Shown piece by piece: positions 57,559 to 64,000 of a stretch of 64,000 nucleotides of DNA. The position numbers and the translations under genes were made by a program. Numbering within the stretch: position 1 is the first letter of the stretch; every line of letters starts with the position of its first letter. The notes under the pieces are model-generated. The model was not told where the DNA came from, made no database searches, and saw nothing but the letters and a program-made list of their open reading frames with translations. Source of the DNA: a virus; the IMG/VR virus record IMGVR_UViG_3300042301_003932; one strand, given 5' to 3'.

Positions 57559-59559
57559 TTATCTTACTTGACCTTTTTCTACTGAGATTTTTGACTTATC
57601 TTTGATAATTGTCATGACTCTATTTTTTAATTCTTGAGTAAATGCCCTATCTTTCATAAGAGCATCGGATAAGGTTCCACTAGTATTGACATTAATGTTT
57701 ATATTTATGTCTCCTGATGCTTCAATTTTTTGAGTTGACTCAGTTTTAATACTTGAAGGTGCGGATGACATTTGTTTAATATTATCTAAACTTCTATTAC
57801 CCTCAAAATTATTTTTAATTTTAAATGAATCCTCATATGTTTTTTTGAGGATGTCTAAGTTTTTTAATAAGTTTGGTGCAAATACTGCCTCATCTTCTTT
57901 AATAAAATTAAACATTTCACCTTTACCTAAACTTAAAACTTTATTTCCTGTTGAAAAAGCAGCATCATCTTCTTTTTGAGCACCCCCTTGTGCCGAACCT
58001 TTACCGGAGTTTGAACCTCCGCTTCCTCCGCTTCCTCCGCTTGATCCGCTATTAGAAGATGAAGACACACCTCTGTTTATTTTATCTTTTCCTATATTTC
58101 TTTCTTCTGTTTTTTTTTCTCCCTCTTCTTGAGCCGATATTTTTCCACCATCTTTAGACCCCTCTTTAAATCTTTCAGTAACATTTTTTACACCTTCACG
58201 AGCAATATCCGCAGCTTGATTTACACCTTCTTTAACGTTTCCTCCTACAATATCAATACCACTACGAAATTGATCTATAATTGTTTGTCTTTGTTTGTCT
58301 CCAAGTTGTGTTAAAAGAGTGTCTCGTATTACACGAGCGTCTGCATTAAGTTGTTCTTGAAGAGTTAAACCTTGTACCGCCAAATCTTTATCAGAAAGAG
58401 CCGCCTTTTTTTGATAATCTTCAAGAGCCGCCTGAATTTTAGCGGGACTTTTTTCCATTTCAGTTGCCAAATCATCCGTTTTCAAACCAGGAATATCTAT
58501 TGACATTTTTCCACCTTTAAATTCGGTAAGTGACGCTAATAAATCTTTTTGGTCTTTTGGTATGTCGGCAAGTCCAGTACCTGACATTTCACTCATCACT
58601 TGTTTAGCCTTAAACGCCTCTCTACCTATTTTAGTCATTTTATCTAAAGTGGTTCCCATGGCCTCTGCTTGAGCTTTTAATCTCTGTCTAGATAAAGGAT
58701 CAATTTCAATTTCGCCAGTTTTTTCATTTACTTTGTATGCACTTGCGGCCAAATCAATCATTTGATTCTGTAAAGCCTCAACATCATTCATACCCATGTT
58801 CATTAGTTTAAAAGGATCCCCTAAAGATCCAATTGATCCTCCTAACATTTGCATATTGGCTGCGGTTTCTATCGCCTTTTCAGGATCCCACAAATCAACA
58901 GATTTAGAAAGTGCACCAATTTCATCAACACTTGTTCTAAGTTGTTTAGCTTGAATTGCCATTTTAGTTAGTCCCTCAAGTCCACTTTTAAAACCATAAC
59001 TATCAATTTTAGTTATAGATCCTTTAATTTCTTCCAAAAGTTTTCCACTATCAACCCCAGACATACGAGCAGTTTTTGCTAATTTTTGCATAGTTTCAAT
59101 ACTTTTTATTTGAGATCCTTCAAGTCTCATAAATTCAGCAACCATACCACCCAAACTTTCAGATGCGAGTCCTGTCGTTTTAGACATGCCAACTAAACTT
59201 TCGGCAAATGTTTCACCAAATTGTGTAGTATCAGAAGTCATGAAGACAATTTTTTCCATTCCTTTTGAAAACCCTTGTACTGAATTAGTAATGTCTTCAA
59301 AAGTTCCTCCCATTTTTAGGACTTCATTATATGATTTGAAAAGTTGTTCTCTGAAGTTTGATGATTCAAAAACCATCCCACTGGACATAGTTCTTTGTAA
59401 AGACCTTGCCTTGTCCTCCATTTCGGTTAAGCCCCTCATTGTGGTAGCAGGATCTTGTAGTTTGTCTAAGGCACCACCTATGGTGTCAAAAATTTCTTTA
59501 ATTGTCTGTCCCTTAGCATCCCACTCAGTATTAGGTCCTGTTGATAACAACCACATCAT
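57559..59559 (-). CDS. tape measure protein
   Basis: Helical A/M/Q/K-rich 666 aa; follows the chaperone genes and precedes the baseplate genes. Confidence 0.7.
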   Translation of the reverse strand: MMWLLSTGPNTEWDAKGQTIKEIFDTIGGALDKLQDPATTMRGLTEMEDKARSLQRTMSSGMVFESSNFREQLFKSYNEVLKMGGTFEDITNSVQGFSKGMEKIVFMTSDTTQFGETFAESLVGMSKTTGLASESLGGMVAEFMRLEGSQIKSIETMQKLAKTARMSGVDSGKLLEEIKGSITKIDSYGFKSGLEGLTKMAIQAKQLRTSVDEIGALSKSVDLWDPEKAIETAANMQMLGGSIGSLGDPFKLMNMGMNDVEALQNQMIDLAASAYKVNEKTGEIEIDPLSRQRLKAQAEAMGTTLDKMTKIGREAFKAKQVMSEMSGTGLADIPKDQKDLLASLTEFKGGKMSIDIPGLKTDDLATEMEKSPAKIQAALEDYQKKAALSDKDLAVQGLTLQEQLNADARVIRDTLLTQLGDKQRQTIIDQFRSGIDIVGGNVKEGVNQAADIAREGVKNVTERFKEGSKDGGKISAQEEGEKKTEERNIGKDKINRGVSSSSNSGSSGGSGGSGGSNSGKGSAQGGAQKEDDAAFSTGNKVLSLGKGEMFNFIKEDEAVFAPNLLKNLDILKKTYEDSFKIKNNFEGNRSLDNIKQMSSAPSSIKTESTQKIEASGDINININVNTSGTLSDALMKDRAFTQELKNRVMTIIKDKSKISVEKGQVR

Positions 59560-59580
59560 AATTTTTTATTATATAAATAG

Positions 59581-59743
59581 TTAGTCGTCATTTTTTTCGT
59601 ATTCTTTATATAGTTTGTCAATAAAGAATTTTCTTTCATAAACAGGCATTGACATTAAATCGGAATAAGAAAAATTTCCGTATTTTACTAAATAATATAT
59701 TTCGTCTAATAAATAAAGTTTGAAATTAGAAGAAAGGGCGAAA
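59581..59743 (-). CDS. tail-assembly chaperone C-terminal extension (gpT/gp51-like), probably reached by frameshift
   Basis: LLDEIYYLVKYGNFSYSDLMSMPVYERKFFI; overlaps the upstream gene in the +1 frame and has no convincing start of its own. Confidence 0.6.
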
Positions 59744-60478
59744 AAATTCCACCCCAAAAGCAATATCAACTATTACTTCTTCTCCAGACGGGGCGATAAC
59801 TTTTCTTTGTAAATCCATTTTAGGTTCACATATGTTTATGAATTTTCTAAGTTCTTTAGAATCTGAAATAGGCATATTATTGATGAATGTAGCAATAACT
59901 CCTTTATCTCTACTTCCATCTAATTCAACAATTTGTGTTTCCAATCTTTTTGTTATAACAGGTACAATCATACCTTTAGGGTAATTCTCTAATAATGAAT
60001 CAATTTTTTTCTCTTCTCCAAGATTCATTAATTTGAATTTTACAATCTTTTGTGATTTGGGTAAAGTATAAGTAAATAAACCTTCACTATCCGGAGTATT
60101 TTCCATAGGTATATAAGATACCTCATCTAAAATGACTGTCACATCAAAAAATTTATCTGTTCTTGGGTCTCTTACACTTATATTATATTCAGGACCAAAT
60201 GCGGTATTTCTTAAAAATAAAAGTATTGCTTGAACATCAACGGTTATTAACTGATCAATGTTAAATCCAGGTTCATAAATTTTATTTTTTAATAGAGTAT
60301 TAACAATACCATCTTTAGAACTATTTTGTGACATTAATAAGTTTTCATCACTTGCCGTTAAATATCCTACTTTAACTGATTCTTTTTTTGGTGTATAAAA
60401 AATTCCTTTAGAAGGTAATTTTACCACGTCATGTGGTAGATTAAAATTCATTTGACCATATTCTGCAGCGTTATCCAT
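59726..60478 (-). CDS. tail/baseplate assembly chaperone (T4 gp26-like)
   Basis: VKLPSKG.FY, LTASDENLL, DVQAILLFLRNTAFGPEY, FINNMPISDS and a C-terminal EFFRP. Confidence 0.75.
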   Translation of the reverse strand: MDNAAEYGQMNFNLPHDVVKLPSKGIFYTPKKESVKVGYLTASDENLLMSQNSSKDGIVNTLLKNKIYEPGFNIDQLITVDVQAILLFLRNTAFGPEYNISVRDPRTDKFFDVTVILDEVSYIPMENTPDSEGLFTYTLPKSQKIVKFKLMNLGEEKKIDSLLENYPKGMIVPVITKRLETQIVELDGSRDKGVIATFINNMPISDSKELRKFINICEPKMDLQRKVIAPSGEEVIVDIAFGVEFFRPFF

Positions 60479-60523
60479 AATATTTTTTTCTTTAAAAATA
60501 ATTAACTATTACTTTATGTAAAT

Positions 60524-60551
60524 AAAAAAACCCACCTATTAAAGATGGGTT
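60524..60551 (-). terminator. intrinsic terminator after tail tube gene
   Basis: Minus strand AACCCATC-tttaata-GGTGGGTT followed by T-tract. Confidence 0.78.
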
Positions 60552-60572
60552 CAATATTATAAAATTAATTTT

Positions 60573-61061
60573 TTAGTAAACTAATATACATCTATCAGGT
60601 TGTAAGGTCATATCAACCATAGCTAAATCATCACCACCGTAACCTAAATCTCCAAATGACGCTTTAGTTATTAAACATCCTTGTAGAATCCATTTTTCAA
60701 CTGCAACTCCCGTTGGGTCTAACATTTCTAAATCAACATCTTTTTTGTACCCCGCAGCATAACCCATACGACCTGTTACTGATTCTGCATGTAAACGAAC
60801 CCATTCCATAACTGCTTGAGATGCAGAAGGTCCGATTGGGTCTCTTAATTTTACAGTAATCTCACCCCATTTGAATGATCCTGATACGTATGTTTCAGTG
60901 TTTAAGAATTTAATTTCTTTTTTTCCAATATCTATTGATGGTCTTGACGCACTTTCAACATACCATGAATTGATACCCAAAGAAGAAGGAAATGTCATAA
61001 TAAACCTATTTTTTCTTTTAGGTTCATACTGAAAAGGCATTTTCATTAATAAATCAGCCAT
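60573..61061 (-). CDS. tail tube protein (T4 gp19-like)
   Basis: EPKRKNRF, SRPS, W.EITV.LRDPI, VMEW, YKKD..L.MLDP.G..VEKW.L.G motifs. Confidence 0.9.
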   Translation of the reverse strand: MADLLMKMPFQYEPKRKNRFIMTFPSSLGINSWYVESASRPSIDIGKKEIKFLNTETYVSGSFKWGEITVKLRDPIGPSASQAVMEWVRLHAESVTGRMGYAAGYKKDVDLEMLDPTGVAVEKWILQGCLITKASFGDLGYGGDDLAMVDMTLQPDRCILVY

Positions 61062-61167
61062 GTTTTCTCTTTTTTAATTGTTTTATTTATTATATAAATA
61101 TTGTGTTGTTTATTTTTTTTCTATTTACTTTTTCTATTTAAAAAATATTCTTATATAGAATCCGGTT

Positions 61168-62046
61168 TTAATATTCTTTTTTAATATTTCCTTTAGTTAA
61201 ATATGTTTTTACTGGATTTTCTTCATATTCACTAGATAAAAATTCTTTCATTTTTTCTACGTTTTTTAAATCATCATCTGAAAAACCAATAGAAGGTATT
61301 ATTTCTTGATTATTCATATCATTTTTAAAAAATGCCTTTTCACCTATTTCTTTTGCCAAATCTTTACAATAACTAATAAAAGTTCTCATAGCTTTAATTT
61401 TTCCTTCTTCAGGATTTGCAGCACTACCCTCCCCAAAAGTAACAGGATGAAATCTACACATATCTAAATATTCGTCAATTAAATCTTTATCTGTGAAATT
61501 TAATTCAAACCCCTCTTCTAAATTTTCTTCAGCACTAAAATTTCTATATTTTTTTAAATTCTGTACTAATGTATTTTTATTTATACCGTTATGATTAGAA
61601 ACAATATAATTATACGTCGCTTCTTTTAATGTTTCAGGATTGTGACCTCTCGCTGTAATAATTGCAAATATTGACCCTCCATTAATACATTCCACAAAAT
61701 CGTTCCATGATGGACCCGGTGATGCAACCATTGAGTCTATAATAAATCTTTTATCTCCTTCTAATCTGAAGTTTCTAAATGGATTAGGTGCGTAACCAAC
61801 AACGGTAGTTCCTTTATAATTAAAAGGTTCAACCCCCAATTCGTGTCTGTGTTCAGCAAAATCTTCAGTGGACATTCCAATCTCTTCTTCGTTTTCAGTC
61901 ATCACCATAATTTGTGTTGGCATAAAAACAATATTGTCGTCCCAATCAAACGCATAGTATTTTGTGTCAGGATTTCCTTCTTCATCAAAACCCTCGTGTA
62001 TTCTACGTTTGTTTAAATAATTATATACGTGTTTTTTTATATTCAT
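61168..62046 (-). CDS. HAD-superfamily phosphatase-like protein
   Basis: YAFDWDDNI (motif I), IITARGH (II), K (III) and IGFSDDD (IV). Confidence 0.7.
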   Translation of the reverse strand: MNIKKHVYNYLNKRRIHEGFDEEGNPDTKYYAFDWDDNIVFMPTQIMVMTENEEEIGMSTEDFAEHRHELGVEPFNYKGTTVVGYAPNPFRNFRLEGDKRFIIDSMVASPGPSWNDFVECINGGSIFAIITARGHNPETLKEATYNYIVSNHNGINKNTLVQNLKKYRNFSAEENLEEGFELNFTDKDLIDEYLDMCRFHPVTFGEGSAANPEEGKIKAMRTFISYCKDLAKEIGEKAFFKNDMNNQEIIPSIGFSDDDLKNVEKMKEFLSSEYEENPVKTYLTKGNIKKEY

Positions 62047-62183
62047 TTTTTATTGATGAACTCTAAAATTTTTTCTAACTGGCTTTCAGTTATGATTATG
62101 TTTTGTTTTTTTTGTGAGTATGTTGTATGATTTCTACTAATATCACCCACAGTTTCTTTAATTAATTTTTTTTTAATTTTCAT
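62043..62183 (-). CDS. small protein with IIITESQL motif
   Basis: Likely start ATG 62183: MKIKKKLIKE...IIITESQLEKILEFINKK; TATTTAT 13 nt upstream. Confidence 0.6.
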   Translation of the reverse strand: MKIKKKLIKETVGDISRNHTTYSQKKQNIIITESQLEKILEFINKK

Positions 62184-62205
62184 AACTTTTTTTTTAATAA
62201 ATATA

Positions 62206-62233
62206 TAATGGGGAATATTTCTACTCCCCATTA
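62206..62233 (-). terminator. stem-loop after tail sheath gene (GAAA tetraloop)
   Basis: Minus strand TAATGGGGAGTA-GAAA-TATTCCCCATTA; weak U-tract, so it may act as a stabilising hairpin. Confidence 0.6.
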
Positions 62234-62246
62234 ATTTTATTTTTTA

Positions 62247-63998
62247 TTATACATCGTCAAAAGACGCTCCTGTTGGTGTAATTACAAATTCAATATCAAT
62301 GTATTCTAACGCCCTTGTAGGTTTCAAGAAAATTTTACCTGTTAACGTATTAGAATCTAAATCTTCAGGAGTGTTTGAAACGGTAACTCTAAAGTCAATC
62401 AAACCTCTATCTCTTCTTATTGAATCTAAAATTGGGTTGACTGAGTCTAGGAACTGTTGTCTTACTTTATCATCGTTTTGTTCAAACAATAATCTAACGG
62501 CTACAGCTGAAATCAATTTACGTGCTTGTAATAACAATCTCCTTACGTTGATTCTATCAAGTGCAGATTCTCTAACTTGTAATGTTTTATTACCCCAAAT
62601 TACTGTACCAACGTCTGAGAATGTTGCGATTGGGTTAACTCTACCTTTATAAAGAGTGTCTCTATCTTCTTGAGTTAATTTTTTACGTGCTCTAATCGCG
62701 TTAACTAAACCTCTTGTGTAACCTGCAGATGCAAACCAAGGGAATGCAATGTTATCAGTTAACGCCAAGTTTTTAGTAACCTCAGCTGTTGGTGGGATAT
62801 AAATCTGTGTATTATTTACCGTGTCTCTCGTTAATACCCATGGATAGTATGTTGCAGTGTAGTTAGAATCTATACCTGTGTTTTCTAGTCTATCAACAAT
62901 CTCTTGTGGATAAACTAATCCCTCTTCAATATCTTGATAAGATGGTAATAATAAGTTAAAGTCAGGTGTTGTACAAATATAGATTGAGTCTGCTCTATCT
63001 GTTTCAACCATATCAATCGCATCTTCAACTAAATTTGAGTTGTAGTAATAATCAATACCCGGTGTTACAAATATGTTAATATTAACAGATTCAGGATTTG
63101 CAAAAGTTGCTTGACCCCATTTGTATGCGTAGTAGTCAGTATTTGCCCAAGTCTCTTGGTTAGGTCCTGAAATTTGTTTGAATGCTCCCCATCCTGATGC
63201 GGTTGGGAAAGTTACTGAAGATGCTGCTCCGTATTTAAATCCTGATTGACCTAATGCGAATGTATCACCATTTGTTCTATATTCTCTATAAATGTCCCAT
63301 CCATCAAAACCACCATAAGCCAATACTGTAAATTTACGAGTATTCAATCTAAAATATGGATTATCTGAATCTTCAGGTTCACTATTAAATGAACCGGCAC
63401 CCACTTCAAACGCTTGTGTGTATGCTGAGGTTGCTGGATTGTATATTGTAACTACCGTCGCTCCACTATCCATATGGAAACCTTTAGTAATATAACCCCA
63501 ATCAATACCTTCAGTATCAGTCGCTAAGTTAGCAGGAATTTGTTTACCTTTGTATTCAAAGAAATCGTAATCAATTCCAGTGATATTTGAAATACCTAAG
63601 TAAGCCTTTCTTGGGTTTTCTCCATTTGAGATAACTGGGTTATCACCACCCGATGAAGATCCAAAAGGTGGGTTGTAAATAACTTCACCAGCTTGTAAAT
63701 ATTTTGTTTTATAAATAACAAATGGTGGTGTTGATTGTGCATATTCTCTAGAAATATAACCTTCAAAACCACAAGCGACTGCGTCTGTCGGTGCCTCCTC
63801 ACTCATATCTAACATTACATATTTAGACCTCACTTCATACTCACCGTTAGATGTACCAATTTTATTTGCTACGTAGTTGTTTTGACTAGGATCCATTGAA
63901 CAATTAGTAAAACTTTCAACTACTCTTACATTTTGATCATTATCATAGAAATCTCTAATGAACACATCAAAAGTTCTATTTGAGAAAGAAATGTTTCC
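62247..63998 (-). CDS. tail sheath protein (T4 gp18-like), 5' end outside the window
   Basis: YYPWV, PWFASAGYTRG, RDTLYKGRVNPI, WGNKTLQ, LDRINVRRLL and KPTRALEYI motifs; frame stays open to the window edge. Confidence 0.95.
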   Translation of the reverse strand, partial: GNISFSNRTFDVFIRDFYDNDQNVRVVESFTNCSMDPSQNNYVANKIGTSNGEYEVRSKYVMLDMSEEAPTDAVACGFEGYISREYAQSTPPFVIYKTKYLQAGEVIYNPPFGSSSGGDNPVISNGENPRKAYLGISNITGIDYDFFEYKGKQIPANLATDTEGIDWGYITKGFHMDSGATVVTIYNPATSAYTQAFEVGAGSFNSEPEDSDNPYFRLNTRKFTVLAYGGFDGWDIYREYRTNGDTFALGQSGFKYGAASSVTFPTASGWGAFKQISGPNQETWANTDYYAYKWGQATFANPESVNINIFVTPGIDYYYNSNLVEDAIDMVETDRADSIYICTTPDFNLLLPSYQDIEEGLVYPQEIVDRLENTGIDSNYTATYYPWVLTRDTVNNTQIYIPPTAEVTKNLALTDNIAFPWFASAGYTRGLVNAIRARKKLTQEDRDTLYKGRVNPIATFSDVGTVIWGNKTLQVRESALDRINVRRLLLQARKLISAVAVRLLFEQNDDKVRQQFLDSVNPILDSIRRDRGLIDFRVTVSNTPEDLDSNTLTGKIFLKPTRALEYIDIEFVITPTGASFDDV

Positions 63999-64000
63999 AA

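Noticed and set aside
532-62652. Plus-strand ORFs in the track (e.g. 1058..1351, 13248..13490, 17058..17549, 44153..44530, 59186..59584, 62299..62652)
   Set aside because: All are antisense shadows of well-supported minus-strand genes; several merely mirror low-complexity repeats
5011-63802. Short alternative-frame minus-strand ORFs (e.g. 13227..13415, 18532..18825 'QHQLRV' repeats, 44247..44510)
   Set aside because: Fully nested in larger genes and explained by tandem repeats or chance; no independent signals
1-64000. tRNA/rRNA genes, introns, inteins, IS elements
   Set aside because: Intergenic gaps are mostly too short and AT-rich; RNR, helicase and RecA have normal lengths; no transposase or homing-endonuclease motifs seen

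Overview
This window is a fragment of a large, AT-rich, contractile-tailed (T4-like/jumbo-type) bacteriophage genome. Every credible gene is on the minus strand and uses the standard genetic code. In transcription order (right to left) it encodes: tail sheath, a HAD-fold protein, tail tube, tail-assembly chaperone(s), tape measure and giant baseplate proteins. A replication block follows (SSB, RecA/UvsX, 5'-3' exonuclease, DnaB helicase, class II RNR), then gp25/gp6-like wedge genes and a ~27 kb baseplate/fibre cluster. The left end holds a RuvC-like resolvase, primase, a PD-(D/E)XK nuclease, SbcD/Mre11, a Dam-class methyltransferase and a truncated SbcC/Rad50. SprB-like repeats, GNVGIGT fibre repeats, a DUF6734-like gene, TTTG-N19-TAnnTTT-type promoters and the lack of obvious Shine-Dalgarno sites point to a Bacteroidota host (inference). 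The most striking feature is a probable phage-encoded virion O-glycosylation system. Three glycosyltransferase-like genes (GT60 GlcNAc-transferase, HtrL/WlaTC-like, DUF6734-like) are interleaved with Cys-rich fibre genes carrying mucin-like (PT)n/PTVT/PTPS linkers. A [S/T]-[G/A]-x-T tetrapeptide is strongly enriched in virion proteins but nearly absent from the replication enzymes, making it a candidate glycosylation sequon. Other points of note are a candidate +1 frameshift in the tail chaperone, an apparent transfer of the Mre11 C-terminal domains onto Rad50, a TATTTAT late-promoter motif, and an OmpA-like domain inserted in a baseplate protein. All family assignments come from motif recognition by eye; no database search was run.
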